Source: Candidatus Sulfobium sp. (GTDB lineage: Bacteria; Nitrospirota; Thermodesulfovibrionia; Thermodesulfovibrionales; UBA6898). Taken from it: a DNA stretch of 64,000 bases. Below, in pieces: positions 53,729-64,000 of this stretch. The first letter of the stretch is position 1. Each line of letters opens with the position of its first letter. The stretch is taken from assembly GCA_037380845.1 (NCBI GenBank), contig JARRRI010000022.1:73289-137288 (forward strand), read 5' to 3'. The notes under the pieces were generated by a model. That model worked only from the letters and a program-made list of their open reading frames with translations. It ran no database searches and was not told the DNA's origin. Made by a program: the position numbers and the translations under genes.

Positions 53729-53743
53729 AGAAGCCGGAGCGCC

Positions 53744-54403
53744 ATGAAAAAAAGATGCGTCGTCCTTTTGAGCGGCGGACTTGATTCGTCGACAGTCCTG
53801 TCCATGGCCCTCGCGGAAGGCTGCAGCGCCTGTGCCCTGAGCTTCGATTACAGCCAGAGGCACTCCATAGAGCTCGATTCGGCGAGGAAGGTCGCCTCGT
53901 CGCTGGGTGTCGAGAAACACCACGTAGTGAAATTCGACCTGCGCGAGGTGGCCGCTTCCGCTCTTACCTCTGACATGGCCGGTATTCCCGTCACGTACGT
54001 ACCCGCCCGGAATACGATCTTTCTTTCCTTTGCGCTTGCCTGGGCCGAGGTTCTCGGGGCGGAGCAGATATTCATAGGCGCCAACGCGATAGATTACAGC
54101 GGGTATCCGGACTGCAGGCCGGAGTACCTGGATGCATATGAGAAGATGGCCAATCTCGCCACAAAGGCCTCCGTGGAGGGTGCACTTCACTTCCGGATAC
54201 GCGCCCCCCTGATAGCGATGAAGAAATCCGACATCATCAGGAAGGGGACGGAGCTGGGTCTGGATTATTCACTCACCTGGAGCTGTTATGACCCCCAGCC
54301 TGTCGCCCGGCACTCCTTCAGGCCCTGCGGGCGCTGCGACAGCTGCGTACTGCGCCGGAAGGGATTCACCGAAGCGGGCATCCCGGACCCCTTAAATGTG
54401 TAG
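53744..54403 (+). CDS. queC: 7-cyano-7-deazaguanine synthase
   Basis: SGGLDS, TYVPARN, YPDCR, TWSCY..CGRCDSC. Confidence 0.93.
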   Translation: MKKRCVVLLSGGLDSSTVLSMALAEGCSACALSFDYSQRHSIELDSARKVASSLGVEKHHVVKFDLREVAASALTSDMAGIPVTYVPARNTIFLSFALAWAEVLGAEQIFIGANAIDYSGYPDCRPEYLDAYEKMANLATKASVEGALHFRIRAPLIAMKKSDIIRKGTELGLDYSLTWSCYDPQPVARHSFRPCGRCDSCVLRRKGFTEAGIPDPLNV

Positions 54404-54456
54404 AATGCAGGTCTGTTCTCTGATATTATAGATTAACTTTTTTAAGGAGGGGTGAG

Positions 54457-54732
54457 ATGGAAGAAAAACTGTCGCGTGAGGAATTTGTCAGGAAGGCCAT
54501 CGTAAGTCTGAGGAAAGAGGGGTATAAGGGCATCCATTCGGTGTATTCGGGTTTCAACGAGGCGTTCAAGAAATATTTTGAGGGTGAGAATCCGGTAGAG
54601 ACCACAAACAGGCTTTCACAGGAAGGCAAGATTGTCATCCGTCCGGTGAAGGGCGGGGTGATGCTCTACCTGCCCGAAGAGGCCCCCGGCGCCAGCACCG
54701 CCGATGAGACTTTGAAAAAGATGGGATTGTGA
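54457..54732 (+). CDS. Small hypothetical protein immediately upstream of selA
   Basis: Strong RBS AAGGAGG; 91 aa; stop 4 nt before selA. Confidence 0.75.
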   Translation: MEEKLSREEFVRKAIVSLRKEGYKGIHSVYSGFNEAFKKYFEGENPVETTNRLSQEGKIVIRPVKGGVMLYLPEEAPGASTADETLKKMGL

Positions 54733-54736
54733 TAGT

Positions 54737-56140
54737 TTGGGGCCTGCCGGAAAAGAGAGCCTGCTTTCGAGCCTGCCGTCCGTAGACGAACTGCTCAAGA
54801 GTCCCGAGGGCAACGAGTGGCTGTCGCGCTACCGGCGAAGGATCGTAGTTCAGTCGGTCAGGGACGTGATTGCATCCAGGAGGAAGGAGATTCTGGAGGG
54901 GCTGAGAACCGAACCCGCCGAAGACCTCGGTCCGGACATAGAAAAGCGCATCGCCGAACTGTCGTCATTCAGCCTGACGCCGGTCATAAACGCCACCGGA
55001 ATAGTAGTACATACGAACCTGGGCAGGTCCGTCCTCCCCGACAGGGTCCTGGACCACGTGCGGGAAATAGGCGCAGGCTATTCCACGCTGGAGTACGACC
55101 TCAAGGCCGGAAAGAGGGGACAGAGGCACACCCATACCAGGAGACTCCTGCAGGATATTACGGGGGCGGAGGACGCTCTCATCGTCAACAACAATGCCGC
55201 CGCCGTCCTTATCTGTCTTAATACCCTGGCAGCAGGCAAAGAGGTGATCGTCTCCCGGGGCGAACTGGTCGAGATAGGCGGCTCTTTCAGGATCCCCGAT
55301 GTAATGAAGGCAAGCGGCGCGGTACTTCGCGAAGTCGGCACAACCAACAAGACCCATCTCCATGACTACATGGACGCAATAAACGAAAACAGTGCCCTGA
55401 TCCTGAAGGTCCACCAGTCCAATTACAAGATAACCGGTTTTACGGAGGACGTACCGGTCGCCGACCTCGCGTCTCTCGGCAGGAAGGCAGGGGTACCGGT
55501 CATGTACGACCTCGGAAGCGGCTGCCTGCTGGACCTCAGGAAGTACGGCATCCACGACGAACCGTCGGTCCAGGAGACGGTAAAGGCAGGGGTCGATATC
55601 GTTACCTTCAGCGGAGACAAGCTTCTGGGGGGCCCGCAGGGAGGCATTGTAGCCGGCGGCAAAGAATACGTGGAGAGGATCAGGAAGAACCCGCTGGCCC
55701 GCGCCCTGAGGATCGACAAGCTAACCATCGCCGCCTTTGAGGCCACGCTCATGGAGTACATGGACCCAGAAAGCGCAGTTCAAGAAATCCCCGTTCTCAG
55801 AATGCTCTTCCAGCCTCCCGCAGAGATAAAGGCCCGGGCAAGAAAGATCGCCTCGGCCCTGCGGGCTTCCGTCAGAGACGAGAGGTTCGAAGTTATAGAG
55901 GACTCTTCCAGGGCAGGCGGCGGCGCCCTCCCCGAGACAGAATTCCCTTCGTTCGCCGTCTCCGTAAAGCCGTGTGGTATATCGGTCAACGAAATGGAAT
56001 CACGTCTCAGAAGAGGTTCGCCTCCCGTAATCGCAAGGATCAAGGGCGATTCTCTTCTCCTGGATGCAAGGACAATCGGGCAGGATGATATAAGAGGTAT
56101 CGTCCGGGCCGTATCGACGGCACTTTCACCGGCTCAATGA
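54737..56140 (+). CDS. selA: L-seryl-tRNA(Sec) selenium transferase
   Basis: INATG..HTNLGR, SRGELVEIGGSFRIP, EVGTTN, FSGDKLLGGPQ. Confidence 0.96.
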   Translation: MGPAGKESLLSSLPSVDELLKSPEGNEWLSRYRRRIVVQSVRDVIASRRKEILEGLRTEPAEDLGPDIEKRIAELSSFSLTPVINATGIVVHTNLGRSVLPDRVLDHVREIGAGYSTLEYDLKAGKRGQRHTHTRRLLQDITGAEDALIVNNNAAAVLICLNTLAAGKEVIVSRGELVEIGGSFRIPDVMKASGAVLREVGTTNKTHLHDYMDAINENSALILKVHQSNYKITGFTEDVPVADLASLGRKAGVPVMYDLGSGCLLDLRKYGIHDEPSVQETVKAGVDIVTFSGDKLLGGPQGGIVAGGKEYVERIRKNPLARALRIDKLTIAAFEATLMEYMDPESAVQEIPVLRMLFQPPAEIKARARKIASALRASVRDERFEVIEDSSRAGGGALPETEFPSFAVSVKPCGISVNEMESRLRRGSPPVIARIKGDSLLLDARTIGQDDIRGIVRAVSTALSPAQ

Positions 56141-56455
56141 TTAACCCGCGGCCAGCTTCTTCATCAGGACTGCCGAGAGCAGAAACTTCGGAAACTCTTC
56201 CTCCTTGACCTTCCTGTAGAATTCACATGTCTCGCAGTTCCTGTATTTCTGGGCAAAGGTGCCCTGTACCTGTCCGCCGCAGAGTGTGCCGGCCAGCACC
56301 CAGCAACTCCTCCCTGCATGACTTCCGTCATGGACCCCGTCGAGTCTTTCATCCGTAGTCGCAGGGCAGACCCCAAGGTCCTCGGCATGCGCTCCACCTT
56401 TTTCCCTTCCGCACTTCTTGAACTCCCAGCAGTTGAGTTTTCTGTCTTGTGTCAT
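56141..56455 (-). CDS. Small Cys-rich 'two-CW' domain protein, between selA and selB
   Basis: NCWEFKKCGRE...CPA...HAGRSCWVLAGTLC...CETCEF; RBS GGAGG. Confidence 0.85.
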   Translation of the reverse strand: MTQDRKLNCWEFKKCGREKGGAHAEDLGVCPATTDERLDGVHDGSHAGRSCWVLAGTLCGGQVQGTFAQKYRNCETCEFYRKVKEEEFPKFLLSAVLMKKLAAG

Positions 56456-56572
56456 CCCGTCTTACCTCCGGAAGAAATAAAGGTTCACCTTGGTCGGCGT
56501 CAGGAAGAATCAGCAGTCCGCGGACGCAGCGGCTGTCCTCACCGGTCATGTACTTTACACAAAAAATGAGCA

Positions 56573-58360
56573 AAGGAGGAAAAGGAGCGGGGCATCACCA
56601 TCGACATAGGCTTCGCCGACATCGCATACCCGGAAAGCGGCCTTACCGTGGGCATAGTCGATGTCCCGGGCCATGAAAAGCTGATAAAAAACATGCTCGC
56701 CGGGGCGGGGGGGATCGACATGGTCCTGCTGGTCATAGCGGCGGACGAAGGGGTCATGCCCCAGAGCCGCGAACACCTTTCGATATGCAATATCCTTAAG
56801 ATAAAGTCGGGGCTGATCGCGATCACCAAATCCGATCTGGTCGAAAGGGAGTGGCTCGAACTTGTCCGCGAAGACGTCAGGGGCTTTGTGAAAGGCACCT
56901 TCCTCGAAGACGCACCGATCATTCCGGTATCGTCAAAGACCGGCGAAAACGTGGAACTGCTCAAGAAAGAAATAGGCGAGCTGGCCCTTACCATAGCCCC
57001 CAAATCTTCAGACGGCTTGTTCAGACTGCCTATCGACAGGGTCTTCACCCTCAAGGGCTTCGGCACGGTCGTTACCGGTACGGCGATATCGGGCAAAGTC
57101 TCCGTGGACGAGCCGCTTGAAATACTGCCTGTCGGCATAAAAACAAAGGTCAGGGGTCTCCACAGCCATGGCAAGGCGATCAGAACGGCGTTTGCTGGTC
57201 AGAGGGTGGCCATGAACCTCCAGGCCGTCGAAAAAGAAGACCTGAAGCGGGGGGATGTTGCGGTGACCTCGGTGAGCTTCGACCAGGCAAAGAACCTCGA
57301 TGTCTTTATCGAACTCCTGAAGGACGCCCCGACCCTGAAGACCAGGAGCCTCGTCCATTTCTATACCGGCACGTCCGAGACCGTTGCCAGGGCGGTACTT
57401 TACGGCAGGGACGAGCTGAAGGCCGGTGAATCCTGCTACGGTCAGTTCAGGCTGAAAGATCCCGTGATAGCCCTGTCGGGCGACCGCTATATAATCAGGA
57501 GATTTTCCCCGCTGGAGACACTCGGCGGGGGGGAGGTGCTCGATCCCTCTCCGCCGAAGAGAAGAAGAAAGGAGGTCGTCTCCGACCTTGAAATCCTTCA
57601 CGGCGGGACACTCCGGCAGAAGGTCTCTCTTAAAATAGAGCATTCCCAGTCAGCCGGGATTTCGGTCCGGAGGCTTATGGGCTGGATCAATGCCGGCAAG
57701 GGCGCAGTCTCGGAGGCGCTGGAGAGCCTGACAAAATCGGGGGAGATCGTACGGTTTGAGGATGTCGTCCTTCACAGGAAGTCCCTCGTTTCCCTGCAGA
57801 AGGGGATAAAGGGACTTCTGAAGGCATTCCACGAAAAAAACCCTCTGAAGCACGGCATGCCCAAGGAAGAGGTCAGGAACCAGCTGAGGATAGATCCCAG
57901 GATGTTCAACTTCATATTATCCGGGCTGAACGGAATCGTCGTCGAAAAGAACCTGCTCAGACTGAAGGACTTCAGGATAGCACTTACCAGCAGCGAAGAA
58001 ACCTTTAAGGCAAGGATCCTTGAGACCCTGGATAAGAGCGGCTTTCAGCCTCCCTCCAGGGAGGAACTCGCAGCCGGTCTGAAGACGGAGGAGAAACGCA
58101 TTTCGGATATCCTCAATATCCTGGAAAAAGAAGGAAGCACGGTCAGGCTGAATGAGACGTTCTCTGTCTCCAGAAGGGTCTATGACGAAATGACGGCCCT
58201 TCTCAAAGATTTTTTTGCAGCCAACAAGGAGATGACGGTTGCCGACTTCAGGGACCTCCTCCATACGACAAGGAAATATGCCCTGCCTTTTCTTGAATAC
58301 CTGGACTCCCACAAGATAACCATCCGGACCGGGGACGTCAGAAAGTTGCTGGCCAAATAG
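56573..58360 (+). CDS. selB: Selenocysteine-specific elongation factor SelB; N-terminus (G1 P-loop) missing as assembled
   Basis: KEEKERGITIDIGFA, DVPGHE, TKSD, PIDRVF..GFGTVVTGT, TTRKYALPFLEYLD; in-frame TGA at 56567-56569 just upstream. Confidence 0.9.
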   Translation, partial: KEEKERGITIDIGFADIAYPESGLTVGIVDVPGHEKLIKNMLAGAGGIDMVLLVIAADEGVMPQSREHLSICNILKIKSGLIAITKSDLVEREWLELVREDVRGFVKGTFLEDAPIIPVSSKTGENVELLKKEIGELALTIAPKSSDGLFRLPIDRVFTLKGFGTVVTGTAISGKVSVDEPLEILPVGIKTKVRGLHSHGKAIRTAFAGQRVAMNLQAVEKEDLKRGDVAVTSVSFDQAKNLDVFIELLKDAPTLKTRSLVHFYTGTSETVARAVLYGRDELKAGESCYGQFRLKDPVIALSGDRYIIRRFSPLETLGGGEVLDPSPPKRRRKEVVSDLEILHGGTLRQKVSLKIEHSQSAGISVRRLMGWINAGKGAVSEALESLTKSGEIVRFEDVVLHRKSLVSLQKGIKGLLKAFHEKNPLKHGMPKEEVRNQLRIDPRMFNFILSGLNGIVVEKNLLRLKDFRIALTSSEETFKARILETLDKSGFQPPSREELAAGLKTEEKRISDILNILEKEGSTVRLNETFSVSRRVYDEMTALLKDFFAANKEMTVADFRDLLHTTRKYALPFLEYLDSHKITIRTGDVRKLLAK

Positions 58361-58499
58361 CTGTTCATATAAGCAGCATTTTTTTCTGTTTGCAGATTGA
58401 GGCTGAAACAGTCCCGACCGGAAAGAAATTCTGCCTGATCTAAATTACGGGTCCGTGCCGGACTGTTGTGCCGGTCCGACCACAAATGTCTCCTTCTCA

Positions 58500-58800
58500 G
58501 TTCACATTTTTTCTTTATTACTATCTCTTCTTTTCTTTATATATAAAATCAGTAGAAGTAGTAGGTGCTGTTGAAAAGTAAGAAAAGGAGATAATCCACT
58601 GATTTAAAATAATAAGTCTTTATCATAAGCTTTGGGAAAATCAGTGCCGGTAACTGACAGAAAGAGCCGAAAAGAAAACTTCACAGGATACTGACATCGG
58701 CGCCACAGGGGTGTTGTCTGGAATGTTAAATTGAGCTATAATAACCTACCTTCCGACCTGAAAGTTATTAACAATTGTTAGTAACTTGTTAATAAGGCCG
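58500..58800. other. Replication origin oriC (AT-rich unwinding region, DnaA-trios, DnaA-box-like sites)
   Basis: AT-rich 58507-58549; CAG TAG AAG TAG TAG GTGC TGTTGAAAA at 58550-58577; TTATTAACA-type 9-mers at 58765, 58776 and 58787; directly upstream of dnaA. Confidence 0.8.
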
Positions 58801-58803
58801 TTT

Positions 58804-60147
58804 ATGAAAGAGATGACTATAGAAGAAATCTGGAGCAGGAGTCTTTCGAAAATAGAGGGGAAATTGGGGAACAGCGTATTCGATCTCTGGTTCAAACCCA
58901 TCAAGCTCGCGCTTTTCAGGGAAAGAACGGCCACTCTTGAAATCCCCAACAGGTTTTTCAAGGAATGGATAGAAGACTCCTATCCCAACATTATCCGGGA
59001 GTCCATTGAGGACGTGGTCGGCTATCCCGTGAATTTACGTTACAGGGTGGAAGAAAAGCAGGCCGATACACAGAAGAAGATTAGCGACAGACTCGAACAC
59101 AAGAGGACCAGGCTGGCCAGCCGGGGGATCTATCTTAACCCCAAGTATACCTTCGGCAATTTTATAACCGGAAACAGCAACCAGTTTGCCCAGGCTGCGG
59201 CCACGGCGGTTGCGGAGGCGCCGGGAAGGACCTATAACCCACTCTTCATTTACGGCGGAGTCGGGCTCGGAAAGACGCATCTGATGAACGCCATAGGCAA
59301 CAGGGTCCTCGATGAAAGACATGATTTTTCGGTCATGTACGTCTCATCGGAACAGTTTACGAACGAGGTGGTTTCGGCCCTCAGGCACGACAAGATGGTC
59401 GAGCTTAAGGAAAAATACAGGAACCTCGATCTCCTCCTTCTGGACGATGTGCAGTTCATCGCCCGGAAGACCGCCACCCAGGAGGAATTCTTTTATACCT
59501 TCAACAGCCTGTATGAGAAGCAGAAGCAGATAGTCATCTCCTGTGACCGGCCGCCCAGGGAAATAAGCGAGGTTACCGACAGGCTGCGTTCGAGGTTTAA
59601 CATGGGGCTCATCGCCGATATCCAGCCCCCCGATGTGGAGACCAAGATCGCCATTATCCAGAAAAAGGCCGAGATGATGGATATAAGGCGACTGCCCGCT
59701 GACGTGGTGGAGTTCCTTGCAACGAAGATAAAATCAAACATAAGGGAGCTGGAAGGCTGCCTCATCAGGATCGCCGCGCAGGCGACGCTTTCCGGCGAGG
59801 AGATAAACATCGAGACGACCAGAAAGATCCTGAAAGACATAGTCAGTGACGTCGACAGGCCGGTGACCGTGGAGATGGTGCAGAAAATTGTCTGTGACTT
59901 TTATAATATATCGCTCAGCGATATAAAAGCCAAGAGAAGGACGAAGGACATTTCGCTGCCCAGACAGGTTGCGATGTATCTTTGCAAGCAGACGACCGGG
60001 GCCTCGCTGAACGACATCGGGAAGCATTTCGGCGGCAAGGACCACGCTACCGTCATTTACGCGTGCAAACAGATCGAAGACAGGCGGTCGAAGGATGAAA
60101 CCTTCAGCAGGGCGGTCGAGAACCTTTTGCAGAAGATAATAACCTAA
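58804..60147 (+). CDS. dnaA: Chromosomal replication initiator DnaA
   Basis: LNPKYTF, YGGVGLGKTHL, DDVQF, SNIRELEG, GGKDHATV. Confidence 0.97.
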   Translation: MKEMTIEEIWSRSLSKIEGKLGNSVFDLWFKPIKLALFRERTATLEIPNRFFKEWIEDSYPNIIRESIEDVVGYPVNLRYRVEEKQADTQKKISDRLEHKRTRLASRGIYLNPKYTFGNFITGNSNQFAQAAATAVAEAPGRTYNPLFIYGGVGLGKTHLMNAIGNRVLDERHDFSVMYVSSEQFTNEVVSALRHDKMVELKEKYRNLDLLLLDDVQFIARKTATQEEFFYTFNSLYEKQKQIVISCDRPPREISEVTDRLRSRFNMGLIADIQPPDVETKIAIIQKKAEMMDIRRLPADVVEFLATKIKSNIRELEGCLIRIAAQATLSGEEINIETTRKILKDIVSDVDRPVTVEMVQKIVCDFYNISLSDIKAKRRTKDISLPRQVAMYLCKQTTGASLNDIGKHFGGKDHATVIYACKQIEDRRSKDETFSRAVENLLQKIIT

Positions 60148-60156
60148 GGAGGGGCC

Positions 60157-61257
60157 ATGAAAGTAATCGTCTCGAAGGATGAAATACTTGCGAAGCTGTC
60201 GAATATCCAAAATATTGTGGAAAAGAGGAACACCATGCCCGTTCTGAGTCATTTTCTGCTGGATGCGAATACGCAGGGTTCGTTCGTTACGGCTACCGAC
60301 CTGGATACGGCGCTTAAAGAGCCCCTCAGCCTGAAAGTGGAAAGAGAAGGCAACATCTGCATACCCGCCAGGAAGATGTTCGAGATCGTACGGGAGGTAG
60401 AGGGCGACCTGACCTGTGAATCTGTTGATGAACAGTGGCTGAAGGTCAAGGCCGGTGCAAGCAGCTTCAGGCTGGCCTGCCTGTCTGCAAAGGAATTCCC
60501 GGCCTGGCCCGGCATGGAAGACATGGAGGAAGTGGAGCTCGATTCGAAGGTGGTGGCGGATGTCATAGAAAAGACTGTCTATGCGGCGGGCGAAAGCGAT
60601 ACCCGGTATACCCTTAACGGGCTGCTCTTCCACCTCAACCCCGGAGCGGGAATGACCGTGGTCGGTACGGACGGGCACAGGCTTGCCATCGTGCACAGGA
60701 GCACCGAGGGGGACGTGAAGGAAGAAAAGAAGCTTATAGTCCCGAGGAAGGCCGCGGTCGAACTGAGAAAACTTATAGACAAGGTCGAGGGAAAGGTCAA
60801 GGCGGTACTCTGCAAGAACCACATACTTTTCACGGTCGGGGACATGCAGTTCCTTACGAGGCTGATAGAGGGGACCTACCCCAACTACGAGCAGGTAATC
60901 CCGGCAAACAATGAAAAAAAGGTGACGGTGGAGCGGGCGGCTTTCGCAAAGACCGCGCGGAGGGTCTCCATCATGTCCAGGGAGCGCTCCAACGCCGTGA
61001 AGGTCGACCTTGAAGAGGGCCGTATCACGGTCTCTTCTTCCAACCCCGACCTCGGCGAGGCCCGGGACGAAATAGGGGTCGAATACAAGGGCGAGACCCT
61101 CTCGGTGGGCTTCAACGCCCGATACCTCATCGATATCCTCGATGCTATGGGGTCCGAAAAAGTAGTCATGGAGCTTGAGGCGCCCCTCAGTCCGGTCCTG
61201 ATCACAGAGGAGAAGGACCGGGATTACCGGTGCGTGATCATGCCCATGCGCATCTAG
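60157..61257 (+). CDS. dnaN: DNA polymerase III beta clamp
   Basis: ATDLD, GTDGHRL, RLIEGTYPNY, GFNARYL, IMPMR. Confidence 0.97.
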   Translation: MKVIVSKDEILAKLSNIQNIVEKRNTMPVLSHFLLDANTQGSFVTATDLDTALKEPLSLKVEREGNICIPARKMFEIVREVEGDLTCESVDEQWLKVKAGASSFRLACLSAKEFPAWPGMEDMEEVELDSKVVADVIEKTVYAAGESDTRYTLNGLLFHLNPGAGMTVVGTDGHRLAIVHRSTEGDVKEEKKLIVPRKAAVELRKLIDKVEGKVKAVLCKNHILFTVGDMQFLTRLIEGTYPNYEQVIPANNEKKVTVERAAFAKTARRVSIMSRERSNAVKVDLEEGRITVSSSNPDLGEARDEIGVEYKGETLSVGFNARYLIDILDAMGSEKVVMELEAPLSPVLITEEKDRDYRCVIMPMRI

Positions 61258-61316
61258 GACTCTGCCGCCGGTCCCCAAAAAAAGTGATCCACCTTGAAGG
61301 GACACTCCCCAACTGA

Positions 61317-63767
<2,451 letters not shown>

Positions 63768-64000
63768 GCCAGGGTTCTTATTTTTTTGGTTTTCGGAAGA
63801 GGTGAAGATCTTTTCAGATAAGTGAAAATATTAATGTTCCTCAATCCTCACAGAAACAAACACTAAAGGAGATGCTGCGCATACCGCTGAATAGGAGCGG
63901 AAATCTTCACGGCGAGCCCCATAAGTCAACTCAGTCTCACCGTTACCTCTTACCTTGATTATCACTGAACAAAGTAAAGAAGCGCTGGACGCTTTTCGTT

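Noticed and set aside
54737..58500. tRNA-Sec (selC) or selD near selAB
   Set aside because: No tRNA cloverleaf/T-loop or SelD motifs recognised in this window

Overview
Bacterial chromosomal window that contains the replication origin. Gene order (kdsB-pyrG-kdsA-kdsD-kdsC-pgsA-plsY ... selA-selB-oriC-dnaA-dnaN-gyrB, no adjacent recF or gyrA) and the Kdo genes point to a diderm organism; Nitrospirota or a deltaproteobacterium-like lineage is my inference, not something the sequence proves. The left ~37 kb is accessory/metabolic: a corrinoid protein with a divergent HTH-MEDS regulator, AcuC deacetylase, malic enzyme, PpnP, flavin disulfide reductase, glucokinase, POT transporter, Ada, a REP-associated Y1 transposase, Gnd, a CLC channel, a TolC/YbhGFSR efflux operon, a P-type ATPase and an S10 peptidase. 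The right ~27 kb is core: serS, trpS, pckG, kds, queC, sel, dnaA. The best observation is a small DUF2892/YgaP-like membrane gene at 30908-31117 that the ORF track missed. It has an in-frame TGA at the family's conserved Cys, followed 11 nt later by a SECIS-like hairpin, so it is a candidate selenoprotein, and selA/selB lie in the same window. Other notable items: 10-bp-phased direct repeats between the corrinoid gene and its Xis/BldC-like regulator, a tandem kinase/pseudokinase-like gene behind PEPCK, a palindromic repeat translated in-frame inside an ABC ATPase, an oriC with DnaA-trios and variant DnaA boxes, and several short deletion-type lesions (including the SelB P-loop) that may be assembly artefacts. 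All family calls come from motif recognition by eye; no searches were run.
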